From Octopus bimaculoides (taxonomy: Eukaryota): a stretch of 64,000 bases of DNA. The notes beneath the pieces were generated by a model. The model did no database searches and was not told the DNA's origin. It saw only the letters and a list, made by a program, of their open reading frames with translations. Numbering within the stretch: position 1 is the first letter of the stretch; each line of letters starts with the position of its first letter. The stretch is from assembly GCF_001194135.2 (NCBI RefSeq), contig NC_069000.1:40689179-40753178 (forward strand), written 5' to 3'. Of this stretch, positions 13,390-26,511 are shown piece by piece. The translations under genes and the position numbers were made by a program.

Positions 13390-14010
13390 TGGAATGGTTT
13401 TTATTCAACCATGTCTCCTAACGAGACAACTGCAAGAGAAGTACATAGCTCAGAATAAGCCCTTATACATAAAATTCATTGAACTGAGAAAAGCCTTTGA
13501 GTGAATCATTCACTTTGTGATCTGGTAGTCATCCACTAAGAGTGGATGAATGGCTTGTGAGGGCCGTACAAAGCATGTAGAAAAGTCCAATCAAGAGTAA
13601 GTTCAGTGATGGATTTAGTGTGTAGGTCAGGATTCATCAGAGCTTAATTTTCAGTTACTTCTTGTTCCTTATGGGTATTCCAAGCTATAACAGGAATTTA
13701 CAATCAGCTTCCATTGGGAACTCCTGGTTGCTCACTGCTTTGCTCATCTAGCTGAATCTGTAGAAGAATGGAAGCAAGACTTGGAATTGAAAGGCCTTAA
13801 AAAAAAAGTAAAAAAACAAAAGGAAGACAGGGCCCTTACAGTACCAAAGAAATGGCCATGATCTGCCTGAAGAAAAGGAATCAGAAATTTCATATGATGT
13901 TCTCAGTATAAACAATGGACATACAAGAGGTGTAGTGGGATCATAGGTGGGCTAACAGAAGGTAGATTCTATATGCAGCAGGTGCACTAAGGCAATAAGC
14001 ATGAAAAACA
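13390..14010 (+). mobile_element. RTE-clade LINE reverse transcriptase relic in RECQL5 intron 1
   Basis: Degenerate RQLQEKY...KPLY...EKAF and ESVEEWKQDLELKGL segments with many indels. Confidence 0.65.
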
Positions 14011-14990
14011 CTCAGAAAATAGATTTTCTCAAATGCCTGGTTGGCACTAGAAATAGTTGATTGTTACAAAGAATAAGTCCTGGGTTGATTGCTTCGACTA
14101 AAGGCAGTGGCCACAGATCCAGCATGGCCACAGTTAAATAACTGAAACAAACAAAAGAATATGTGCATGACATAGTAATTTGATATCAAGAATAACTGCG
14201 TATGACCTTGCAGGTGGGGCACAGAATTTTCTTCAGGTCGAGCTGCCCACCCCACTCAAAAAATCCCTGAATAAGGGTTGTTTGAGGATGTTGAATGTAA
14301 CACCCACATTTCCAAAAGTCAATTATCCAAATCCCAAAAAATTCCTCTCAGGTCGATAAGCTTTGATCTTGAGCAACTAAGTTGAAACTTTTATTCTCTG
14401 CCTTTAGCCCTGAGCTTCATAGCCACTGATTGGTGTGTTTCTGGTCAACATCAGTTTGTTTGCTACAGGCCACATATTTGCCTTGCAGAAGTTTCTGCTA
14501 CCACCTACTAGCCAATTGCTCACATGCTTTTTTTCTTTGCCATTGATTTTATTTTCTTTGCAACAACAGTTGCCACATTTCCTTCTGGCTGTTCATCCTA
14601 GGTAACATTTCTTGAAATCAGTAGCAAATTTTTTGGTTCCCCTTCAAGATAGAATGAAGCTTCTTACACTTTGCATAATTTTCAATGAATTTTAGTAACC
14701 AAGCGTTAGTTATTTCAAGATGTTTGGTCAGTCCAGTTGTGATGATGATGATGATGATGATGATTATTATTATTCAGTAGTTTTATTTTTATAGCGTGCT
14801 TTCACTTCACTACCGAGCGCAGCTCTGTGTGCCTTGGGTATGTGCTGTGGTTTGCTGTGATGCTCTTATGGTTACAGTATTGAAAGTGTTTTTCATAGGA
14901 TGTGTGCAGTGCCCAGTAGTGCAATTTTCTGTATGTTAAATATATTTGTAAAGTCCTGTATTATTATTATTACTATTATTATTATTTCAG

Positions 14991-15755
14991 GAAAACAAGA
15001 TGTTTTCATTTCTATGCCCACAGGATCTGGCAAATCACTATGTTTCCAGTTACCTGGTATGTACAAACCTGGGATTTCTGTGGTGGTTTCTCCACTGCTG
15101 GCTCTCATCGAAGACCAAATTGACCATTTACGCAACCTTGGAATCCGTGCAGTTACTATCAACTCCAAACAAACCATGACCGAGAGAAACCGAATCACAA
15201 CTGACCTTAACCGACCAAAGCCAAAAGCCCGTTTCCTCTACATCACTCCTGAGCAAGCTTCCACTGCATTTCTGCAACAACATCTCTACAGCCTCAACCA
15301 TGCCAACCTCTTGAACTATTTCATTATTGATGAAGCCCATTGTGTATCACAGTGGGGTCATGACTTTCGTCCAGATTACCTTAAACTTGGCCAGTTAAGG
15401 GCCAATAAAATTCCTAATGTTCCCTGCATTGCACTAACTGCTACTGCAACTGCGCAAGTAACAAAGGACATTGTAAAATCTCTGGCGCTTCGCAAACCTT
15501 ATGCGTCTTTCAAAACTAGTTGTTTCCGCCCAAATTTGTTCTATGAAGTAAGAATGAAAGAAACCTTGGATGATCCTTTCAAAGATATCCTGGATTATGT
15601 ATGTACAAAGTTTGGTGAACCACCTGACAACAACATCTGGAATGAGAATGGTGCTGGCATTATATATTGCCGTACTAGAGACACGTGTGATGAACTAGCT
15701 GTTCGATTTCAAAAGAGTGGAATACCTACGAAAGCTTATCATGCTGGACTACGAG
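14991..15755 (+). CDS. RECQL5: RECQL5 coding exon 2: helicase core motifs I-IV
   Basis: Acceptor attatttcag|GA and donor CGAG|gtaact; 765 nt, phase 1 to phase 1. Encodes MPTGSGKS (Walker A), VVSPLLALIEDQ, IIDEAHCVSQWGHDFRPDY, ALTATAT, GIIYCRTR and YHAGL. Confidence 0.96.
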
Positions 15756-16461
15756 GTAACTTTGTACACTTTTTCAAATCTTCAACTGGATGTTTCCATT
15801 TCCATGCCCACAGGATCTGGCACATTTTTTGCACATTTCTCTGCATGTTTTGTGTCTTTATTTTCCTTTTCAAGCATTTCTTGATTTGTTTTATTTTTAT
15901 TTTTCTACAAATTCAATTACTGTTTTACATGTTCCAGCCCCAAAGCTATTGCCATACTGGAGAAACCATTTTTTTTTTTTGCCTGTTATTATTTCTCCAT
16001 TGCTAGCTTATGCAGAATGCTTTTACATTCGGCCATCTGTTGTTGCTTAGTCCCAGGCAGGTCAGCACTCTACTCAAGCAGTTATGACCATTCTGTTATA
16101 TTTCCAGCTATAGTATATCGAAGAGCATAACATTTAATGTGTCCTTTTTGCTAAGATATGAGTAGTTTGAAGAGAATTTGGCTTCTCTTTCTAACAAGTC
16201 AAGCAATCATATTGAAGCTTTCTTGTGGTTTCACAGCTGGACTCTTGTTATGCCACTAATTGTCCAACTACAAAGTAGAAATATATACTTTGTTCAGAGA
16301 CAGAATATAATGGCTGAAGTAGGGTTTGAGCCTGTGACCATGTGGTCAAACTTCCAGCTGAGAGTGACTTTACCTTTCATCCTTTTGGATATCAATTTGA
16401 CACTAAACTCGGCTTGCGAAGACCTGTTGGGGCAAGCGAAAGCAACAGCGTCACCTTCCTG

Positions 16462-16933
16462 ACACTTGTGCCGGTGGCACGTGTAAAGACATTCGAGCGA
16501 GATCGTTGCCAGTGCCGCTGGACTGGCTCCTGTGCAGGTGGCACATAAAGTACACNNNNNNNNNNTTACCTTTCATCCTTTTGGATATCAATTTGACACT
16601 AAACTCGGCTTGCGAAGACCTGTTGGGGCAAGCGAAAGCAACAGCGTCACCTTCCTGACACTTGTGCCGGTGGCACGTGTAAAGACATTCGAGCGAGATC
16701 GTTGCCAGTGCCGCTGGACTGGCTCCTGTGCAGGTGGCACATAAAGTACACCATTTTGAGCATGGCACGTAAAATCACTCTCGGAGTGGTTGGCGTTAGG
16801 AAGGGCATGCAGCTGTAGAAACTCTGCCAAATCAGATTGGAGCCTGGTGTAGCCATCTGGTTCGCCAGTCCTCAGTCAAATTGACCAACCCATGCTAGCA
16901 TGGAAAGCGGACGTTAAACGATGATGATGATGA
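16462..16933 (+). mobile_element. RTE 3' end copy in RECQL5 intron 2 (partly duplicated across a 10-N gap)
   Basis: Same family sequence and (gat)n tail as 11050-11399. Confidence 0.8.
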
Positions 16934-17103
16934 ATTACCAGCTGATATCAATAAAATAATTACCCCCTCCCTTGAAATTGGTGGCCTTGTGTCAGAATTT
17001 GAAACCGATATTTATGCTTCTTCCCTAGAGCACTCGCTACTTCTATCAGAATTTGTTTATGACATTACATGTATCTAATATAGTTTATTGCATTGTATTT
17101 CAG

Positions 17104-20100
17104 AGGTTGACCGATTGCAGATCCAAGTTGACTGGATGGAAGGCCGCATCCCATTGATTACAGCTACCATCAGTTTTGGCATGGGTATTGATAAACACAA
17201 TGTCCGTTTTGTTGTTCACTGGACCTTACCAAAGACTATGTCTGGTTATTACCAAGAGTCTGGCCGAGCTGGTCGTGATGGCCAGCCTTCTTATTGCTGT
17301 CTGTATTACTCTCGCCGTGACCGAGATGCTATATCTTTCCTCCTGAAGCAGGAAGCGACTAGGAGGAATGCTCGCAACCAAGAAAATTGCATGAGAAAAT
17401 CAGCAGAGACTAATTTTGAGATAATGGTTAAGTACTGTGAACTACCACGTTGTCGGCACCGTGTGATAGCAGAGTATTTTGGTGATGAGAAACCAAACTG
17501 CCAGAAGCAATGCGATTATTGTAAAAACTCAAGATATGCTGACAAACAAGTACAGAACCTTTTGCAGGGTAGTTATGGGAAGTGGTGCCGAAATGAATAT
17601 GGAAGTACGAGGATGGTCAAAGAATCAACAGAACCAGACGAAGAGCTTTATGGTGGTGGACGGCTTGGTCAGCAGAAGGATTTCAAAGAGTACTATGGCG
17701 AAGAGAGTGGTGAAAATTCCGACAATGAGAATGAAAATAACAAAAAGCAATGTAAGAATTTTATATTGAATGAATTAAAAAAGCGTAAAACTGCTCCATC
17801 TATTGTACATGAAGAGGAAGATGATACACCAGTTATTCCTGCTGATTGTCCACTCCGAGATCCTTCAAATGACAGAATTCCACGACTAAACTTTCAAATC
17901 CGGATGTACTGTTTTGAGAAATTGAAATCTGCATTGTGCAACAACTTTAATAAATATTTTGCAGATGTCCCTCATAAATTAAGGGATGGAGAATTTCAAG
18001 TTCCAATTTGTTGTGCAGATTTGGAATTTGAGGTGTTCAAGGCCAGTAAGTTTGCAAATCTTTACAAAGCAGCTATTTTTAAAAAAGAATTTGAGATAAA
18101 GAAACTCACTGAATGTAAAAACCTTCATTCAAGCTTAAAACCCCTTTGGGCCCCGGACTCTAGTGGAATCAGCTCAGATGAAGATAGAAAGGGCCCAGTT
18201 AAGAACAAGAAAACATTAGCAAAGGACACAAGTAGTTCAGATGAGCAGAAGCATCGTAGTAGTACCCCAAGAAAAGAGAAAGATAAACACACAGTAGAGA
18301 CTACACAGAATGAATCGACATCATGTTTAACAGATCAAAGTTCAGACGAAGAGAAATCAGATTCCTACTACATAGCCTCTACTGAGGATCAACAAGTGGA
18401 AGAGGAAATTAGTGAATTGGAAGAGGAAAATATGACTGAATCACCTCTGCTAGTTGATGATCCTGAGTCAACTGGCCTTACCACTACAGATGAAGAGGAA
18501 GATGTAGAGGTTGAGCTAGCTCTTTTCACACCTCTTAATTCAGTTCTATGCCAGTCTTCAAAGCAGTTTTCTGAATTCAAAAAAATCTCTTCAAAGCATT
18601 CAAAGAAAAAAGACAGTAAAAGTACCAAATCTTCCAGTGCAGCAGAAAATTTTAGTAATTCATTTCAAGAGGCTTTAAATTCTCCGGAAAGTTATAAAAC
18701 TTCCAAGAAACCAAGTAAACATAAACATTCTTCCTCCCCTTCTAAAAAGTCACCTGATTCTTCTAAAGCTAGTTCTTCTAAAACGTCTTCTAAAACCACA
18801 GCTAGAATACTTAAGGATGAAAAGAAAGAAAGTTCCATCAAAATACCTGATAAGTTATCAAACAGTATTATTTTGATATCTGATGAGGATGAATATACAG
18901 AAAGTGTTCCAGTTAAGAAACCTACATCATCCTTTGGTAAACATGAGGAGCCTTTTCACAGAAAGTCAGAAAAACATGTTCGAAAGTCATCAACAAAAGC
19001 TAAGCATGCTAAAAGAGTCGAGGAATATTTCAGTAGCACGGGTTTGACTTCTGATGAAGACGATAAGATTACAGAGACAGTTCTTGTAAAAAGTCCTGTT
19101 CCAGTATTTAAAAAAGAGGATAATTTTCATGAAAAGCTTGAAAAAGCCACAAAAGTTTCAGAGTTACTATCAAGAGTCAAAAAAGATAAAAGATTTGATA
19201 AAGATTTAAATAGCTCAGGTCTGACATCTGATGAAGATGATAAAGCTGCTGAGAAGGTTCTGGGAAATAGTCCTGAATTAGTGATCAAAAAAGATTGTTT
19301 TAACAGGAAGTTAGCGGAATCTGTGAGCCCCATCAAATCCCCATCAAGAACAAAGAAGGAGAAAGGGTCAGAAAAACGTTCTAGCAGTGAGAAAAAGAGT
19401 AAGCACAAAAGATTATTGGATGACAATCTAACAAAAGATTCTCATAGTTCTAAGGTAAAGGAAAATAAAACTGATGTCATGGAAACAGAATTTGTCGCAT
19501 CATCATCACCATCATTATCATCACCATCATCTTATAAAGTCAACAAACATAAAATTAAGGAAAAGGATCCTCTAAAACATAAACATAAACGCCAGAAAAC
19601 CGAAAGTAGCCATTTCCAGAATGTGGTTTCATCCATTGAAGAGCAAATGTCCAGTAGTGAAGAGAAAAAAGGAAAAGAACTGGAAGTGAGTATGAAACCA
19701 AAGGAGTTTCATAAAAAAGTGATAGTCTTTGATCACCAAGGAACATCAAATGTCCCCAAAACTAATTCTAAGCGAAAACAAAGTCGGTGGGATGAACCAA
19801 CTAATGAAACAACAAACAAAACTGATTCTGAAAACGTTAATCAGAGAGAAAACGGAACTTTATTTCCTGATTCCACAACAACAGAAGCAGTAATTGTTGA
19901 GAGAACTACTGTAATTCCACCAGACGACGGGTGGATGGAAGTGGTGAGAAAGAACAAAAAGTCAAGTGGGGCAAAATTTGAAGGAAACCTAAGCAATACA
20001 GATTTAAGTCATAAGGTAATTGTGCAAGAGAAAGAATGCAGTGCCAAAGTGCAGAAGAATTTGTCTTGTAGCTCTAGCAATAATACAGGAAGTACTATCC

Positions 20101-20351
20101 CTAACAGTCACGAGATGAAAAAAGCTGCCAATCTTATTGTCCATTATTTAAATCCTTACTATAAAAATGGCAAATTTGCCTCACGAGAACTCTTTAAAAT
20201 GGTTGCCAAATTACTTACTCAGCGATTTGTAAGGCAATCCAATACCAATGCAGAAAATGCCAAAGAAATAGCAAAAAAACTTACTTCTAATTATTTCAGA
20301 AGACATTCACTAGTTACGTCTGCTGAAGATGTGTCTGATATGGAGACGTGA
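17104..20351 (+). CDS. RECQL5: RECQL5 coding exon 3: helicase C-lobe, Zn-binding RQC, IRI/KIX-like domain, long S/K/E/D-rich linker, SRI domain
   Basis: The acceptor ttgtatttcag|AG joins YHAGLR-E-VDRLQIQVDW, colinear with human YHAGLKASERTLVQNDW. Contains ATISFGMGIDK, YYQESGRAGRDG, CRH...C...CDYC, the KIX-like CPLRDPSNDRIPRL...FANLYKAA and the C-terminal SRI-like LNPYYKNGKFASRELFK. Stop TGA at 20349-20351. The joined CDS is 4113 nt = 1370 aa. Confidence 0.96.
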
Positions 20352-20587
20352 ATCAAGGCGATATTTTTTCAATAGCTTCTGAAATACTAACCAAAAAATA
20401 CTCCTCCTTTTCCTCCTCCATTTCAACTTACCCCTTCTCTCTCAACAGTGCCTCCCTTTTTAACACCTCTTTGTATCTTACTTTAAGGAACCTTTTCTCT
20501 TATTCTACCAAAACATAACTACCATTGTATAATAACTTCTCTCACATCTAGGCTGGGACTTCACCTTCAATTACTGGTATCCAACAG

Positions 20588-20621
<34 letters not shown>

Positions 20622-21566
20622 ATATAAACACACACATACACACACACACACACACTTACATAGGTATTTTAAGCAGCTACCAGTCTGTTCAGTAAAATCT
20701 CCTTTTCTCCTTTATCAAAAGATCTTTCATTCTTAGTCACTCATTATGTTGTGTTCTTTTGCCCTAACCTGTTATCTCAAATGGACCCTGCTCTTCTCAA
20801 TGCCAGTACTCTACTCTTCTCAATGCCAGTACTCTACTTCTATTTTTTTTTTTTTAACCCATCTATTGTGCTCTACATTTTCTTTTTCCTATCAGACTTA
20901 AGTTCTTCATCCCAGGAGGAACTTTCTTTTCTGTCTCCATCTATTCCTGCAATGCATGTCTTTAACATTTCCAGTTTCCCACACACACACTCTCTCTCTC
21001 TCTCTCTTACACTTGCATACGTACACCTACACTCACACACAGTCTTCTACAAGATCTCTCTCTGGCTATAGATAAGTCCTTTCCTATTCAGACTTAGATA
21101 TTGTTGTTATTGTTGTTGCAGGATCAGTAGAATGCTGAATTTAGTTTTGTCGCTCTGTTATCTGAGTTCAAACACTACCAGTGTTGATTTTGCATTGCAA
21201 CCCTCTGAGTTCCATAGAAAAATAAATAAATAAAAATAATCTTTTCTATCATAGACACAAGTCCCAAAATTTTGGAGGAGTTCAATTAATTATAATGATT
21301 TCAATACTTGTTTTGTTGACCCCCGCCAGTAAAGGATGAAAAGCCAAGTTGACCTTAGCAGCCTTTTGATAAAATAGTGTCAATAAAGTCCTATGGTCAA
21401 TAAGTATTGAAAAAATTTCCTCCTCTCGCTGCAATTTTGAGGTTATTCAATATTGTCAACCTCAGAACTTGATATTTTATTTTGATTCCAAAAGGATGAA
21501 AGACAAAGCTAATTTCGCCATGGTCAGCTTTGCTTTTCATACTTTCATGGCCAATAAAATAAAATA

Positions 21567-22283
21567 CAGACTGTCCTCATTTAACGACCGAGTTACGTTC
21601 CAACAGCCCCGTCGTTAAGCAAATTCGTCGTTAAACGAATATTCATAGGGTACGTATTTTTTTTTTATAGGTATAGTGTACTATACGTACATATAAAAAC
21701 AGAATACCGTACTGTATAAAGTATATGCAGTACAGGGCCAAGAATCACTAACATAAATTGTTGAAAAAGGAATAAGTAACAGTAAGATTATCACAAGGAA
21801 AACCTTAAAAGTTAGGATATGGATACTGCATTATTGTAGCTCAGACAACGTAAGTATGTTTGTGATTCCNNNNNNNNNNNNNNNNNNNNNNNNNNNNNNN
21901 NNNNNNNNNNNNNNNNNNNNNNNNNNNNNNNNNNNNNNNNNNNNNNNNNNNNNNNNNNNNNNNNNNNNNNNNNNNNNNNNNNNNNNNNNNNNNNNNNNNN
22001 NNNNNNNNNNNNNNNNNNNNNNNNNNNNNNNNNNNNNNNNNNNNNNNNNNNNNNNNNNNNNNNNNNNNNNNNNNNNNNNNNNNNNNNNNNNNNNNNNNNN
22101 NNNNNNNNNNNNNNNNNNNNNNNNNNNNNNNNNNNNNNNNNNNNNNNNNNNNNNNNNNNNNNNNNNNNNNNNNNNNNNNNNNNNNNNNNNNNNNNNNNNN
22201 NNNNNNNGTAATGATGGCTCGTAAAGTTTGTCGTAACTCCGAGTGGTCGTTAAATAGGTAGGTTGTTAAGTGAGGACAGTCTG
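21567..22283. mobile_element. Tc1/mariner-superfamily (Tigger/pogo-like) non-autonomous element spanning an N-gap
   Basis: 23-bp TIRs cagactgtcctcatttaacgacc / ggttgttaagtgaggacagtctg (2 mismatches), TA dinucleotides on both flanks. Confidence 0.85.
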
Positions 22284-23869
22284 TACCTGCAAAATACTAG
22301 AGTCAGTGGTCCCCTCCAAATTTCTGGCCTTATGCCTACATCAGAAGCCATTATTACAACATCATTCTACAGAATATAGTGTTTGGGTTTTTGTCATTTT
22401 ACAAGGTGAATTTTATCTTCCTATTTTTCAGATGTTGATAAAATAATTACAAAGTACCAAAGACATATTGGGGTTAATTTAATCAAATGCATCTTTCATA
22501 TTAACAGCTGTGATGTTGTGCCAATGGTAGAAAGAGATGGCAGATTAGAGCATTGGTTCAAATTCTGTAGAGGCCAAGTTTACCCTTCATCCTTTTTTAA
22601 AGTCAGTATAATCAACAAACCTCCTAAAATTGCTGGTTTTGAGCCAAAATTTGAAACAGTTATAAAAGGTGGTGAGCTTATAGAATTATACCCATGCCAG
22701 ACAAAACACTAAGTGGTATTTCTTCTGCCACCAAGGTCAACTTTGCCTTTCATCCTCAAGGGGTTGATAAAAATAAAGTACCAATCAAGTCCTATACCAT
22801 TTGATGTAATCAACATGCCCCCACCCTTCAAGATTATTGGCTTTGTACCAAAATCTGAAATTTTTATTATTATTATGACAAGGGTGGTGGGTTGACAATC
22901 ATTAGAGCATTGGAAAATTGTCTTATAATATTTGATCCTGCTCTTTATGTTTTGATTTTGAATCCAACCAAGGTGAACTTTGCCTTTAATCCCTCCAGGT
23001 TTGATGAAATAAAGTACCAGTCAAGTACTGGAGTCAGTGGTATTGACCTGCCCCTCTCCTCAAAATTGCATTCCTTATGGTTACATTGCAAATTATTTAA
23101 AGGTGATGCGATGGCAAAGTCAGTAGGGTGTCAAACAAAGTACCTTGTGAAATTTGCTTCAGCTCTTCACATTCCAAATTCAAAACACTGGTCAGCTTTG
23201 CCTTTTATTCTTCTGGCACTGATAAAATAGAGTACCAGTCTAGTACTAGATTCAATCTTATCGATGAAACTCCTACCCACAAAACTTTAGGGCAGTAGAC
23301 TGGAAGAACCATTAAAACATCAGACAAGATGTCATGCAGTATTTGTTCTGGTTTTTCACACTCTGACTTCCAATCCCCATAAAGTCAACTTTCTCTTTCC
23401 ATTCTTCCAAGATTGATAGAATATAGTATCAGTCAAATTTAGTCGACTGACTCCCTCCCCAAACTTCTGACTTTGTGGTTATGTTAGAAGTAAATACTGT
23501 ATCATTAGCACTGTCACATTCCTAAAGACCGGGTTATTGGACTTCCTCGTGCAAAACAGCAAGAACCCCATGAAATAAACAAGCATATCATTAGCTTATT
23601 GTGTAAAATTAAATTTTAATTAAAGCAATAACCTGTGTTAAATCACTCTAGACCTTCATGAGTAAGGTTTAAAAATGACATTGTGAATGAGAGGCGGGAA
23701 TCCTCTAAAGCAACCAAGACTGAAAATAACCTCTGCTTCTTACCCTTGAGATTTCTTTTCACTCACTCATTCTCTCTCTAATTTTTCACATAGTCTTCTT
23801 TCCTTTACCTCTCTTTGTCTTTTCCCCTGTATCTCTCTTCTTCCTCCGTTATTTAGTTCTCTTATCTGT

Positions 23870-23905
<36 letters not shown>

Positions 23906-23932
23906 TTCTATATATAATCATTNNNNNNNNNN

Positions 23933-23967
<35 letters not shown>

Positions 23968-25195
23968 TTCTATATATAATCATTCATACATATATATCTT
24001 ATTTTAATTTAAAGTTATTTATTTTCCAAAGATGGTCATAATTTTTATTTTTTTAAAGACCCTAACATTGAATGTAAAATCACCCCACTCCTTTTCTCCC
24101 ATCTTCCCCCCCCCATACACACACACACACACACACTTTTTTTCCCCCATGTTAGAACTATCATTCCTGTTTGTATTTCTACAACTTCTTTGCCCATCTG
24201 CAAAAGATATACAACAAAGGAAAAAACTAAGGGCAAGACCTTAAAAGGAACTTTTTTTTTCTCTTATGAAAGAGATTTATTAAAACAATAAAACAGCTAC
24301 AAATTTCAAACTGAATTGCATTCATGTTGTTGTTATTGTTTAGCTATCATGAGTGGTGAAGAGACAGCTAGTAAGTCATTAAATGGTAGCACAAAATGCT
24401 TTGTAGTATTTTTTCCAATATCTCGTGTTTTGAGTTCAAATCCTACCAAGAGCAACTTTACTTTTCATACTTCTGGGGTCAATAAATAAAGGACTAGTCT
24501 AGAGTGGTGATCTGAAAACATTTGTCAGGTGGGGTCCCTTGTGGTAGTTGTTCTGGTTCTTTGTATTCTGTGTTCGAATCCTACAATGGCCTGCTAAGAT
24601 GCTATACTTAATCTGTTGCTCAGTTTAATACCACTACATGGCCCCTCGGTTCCTTTAGCAAATCTATTTAAAGTGTGTCAAGGTCTCAGCTTTACAACTA
24701 TTATAACTTAACTGTATCCATAAAAGATTAGTGCTATTTGTGTAGTTTAATCGTTTAAATTTATTTACAAGTCTAAAAAGATGGAATCTTCTAATACTTG
24801 TGTAGCATTTCTTTTCTTTCCTTTTCTGCGTGTTTTATTACGTAGAGGATATCACTGAAAAACTAGTTAGAAAACAGTTGGAAAAGTTACTTCTGATGTG
24901 GCATTAGTTGCTACTTGAAAATTCTATGTTTTTCATTAATTTGTAATAAGTTATATTACATATATCAATGGTAGGAAAGACTCGTGAATACATGATTACA
25001 TTTTAACAAAACGAAACGACTATATATATATATATTTATATAATTATAAGATCTGGTAATTAGTCATATATTAATATATTAATTAATATCGATTAATTAT
25101 CAGGGGGCCAGCACATTTAAAGAATCAAAGAGATTCAGAAATATTATCTGCAATCTCAGGGGATTAAGGTACATTTTTAAAATAACGTCGACCAC

Positions 25196-25341
25196 TAATG
25201 CGCTAGAAATAGATCACATTTTGTGTCTATTAAGACCTAAAAAGTTCTCAACATGAAATATGCTGGTATGCTGCTATATTTCATGTTGAGAACTTTTTAG
25301 GTCTTAATAGACACAAAATGTGATCTATTTCTAGCGCATTA
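25196..25341. repeat. Perfect inverted repeat, 66-bp arms, 14-nt loop
   Basis: 25196-25261 is the exact reverse complement of 25276-25341, with an imperfect outward extension of about 22 bp. Confidence 0.95.
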
Positions 25342-25362
25342 ATTGTCCACGTTATTTTTAAA

Positions 25363-25397
<35 letters not shown>

Positions 25398-26511
25398 TCT
25401 GTCCTGAGTTTACATCAGTGTCACCGGTTGTCGAAATTAGGCAATGTGAAGCCAAGCTAGTATTCAGATGGGCGATTGCCTGAGAGGGGGCTTGAAAATC
25501 TCGAGGGAACCATTTTCCTTGCACCGTTATTAATATTTACTATCGCACGTTCTATTTAAAAGTAAGCATATATAACAAGTTAATGACTGAAGGGATGTAA
25601 CTCTGGTAATTTATTCAATTCATACGTAGTTGAGTGTATGTCTATCTATATTCTGCAGATAGACATATACTAGCAGAGGAAAATGGAATTGTTAAATAAG
25701 AAAATATAGGTAAATTTTTACACAAGATATTTACTTGAAATACTATAGCAGACACGAACATATCATTACAAATATATATGTATATATAATAAAGATATAA
25801 ACATGCTATGAAAATACACAAACGATTAGGCGTCGGAAGTTACCTTGAGAAATGAGGACGGGCGAGATATTTTTTATAAAGGTGGGTGGGTGAATGGAAT
25901 TTGATATTTTCACCAAAAACCACTTTGTCTAGTGTGTATATGATGTTTTGTATGAATGTGTTTGCGTGCATGTAGGTGCTGTGCTAGTTGCATATATTTG
26001 TATGTGTATATTTTGTGAAGAGAAAGGGGTTACATTAAGAAATAATGTCGTGACTAGCAAAGGACATATTGTTACGTAAGCCATCACATATTGGTGATAT
26101 AGTCTGTAAGATATGTAAATTGATGATAAAGAGACAAATGTGGACAGAATTCGTTCACACAAGAAAAACCTACAAATAATTTATGAATATATAAACCATA
26201 AAAATATTTAATAATCTCAACATCTAAGAGAAACTGCAACAAATAGCATATTGTTACCAGGTTGTAATTTAGCCCTGATCGAGCAGGATTCTGAGCAAAG
26301 GCATTCCACCCGCGACCATCCAGGATCAATGGTTACATTATTAATAATAATCGTATCTTTTTTTTTTTTTTTTTTTAAAGACAACAAGGGTGTAATTTGC
26401 GGATACGGGACAAATGGCTCCCTGGGTCGTTCTGTTTTTGCTGTCGTTTAGGTGGTATTAATTGTAAAGTTTTCTGTTTGGTTAAATTATAACAGTTGTT
26501 GTGTTGTAATT

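Noticed and set aside
14900-16006. ORF-track 368-aa ORF as a complete gene
   Set aside because: Only 14991-15755 is exonic. The flanking translation is intronic read-through past clear splice sites.
16370-16751. Exact 186-bp tandem duplication in RECQL5 intron 2
   Set aside because: The two identical copies are separated by exactly 10 N, which is typical of unmerged overlapping contig ends.
23870-23985. Duplicated (TA)n-tgtatttctatatataatcatt block
   Set aside because: It also flanks a 10-N gap, so it is the same scaffolding artefact.
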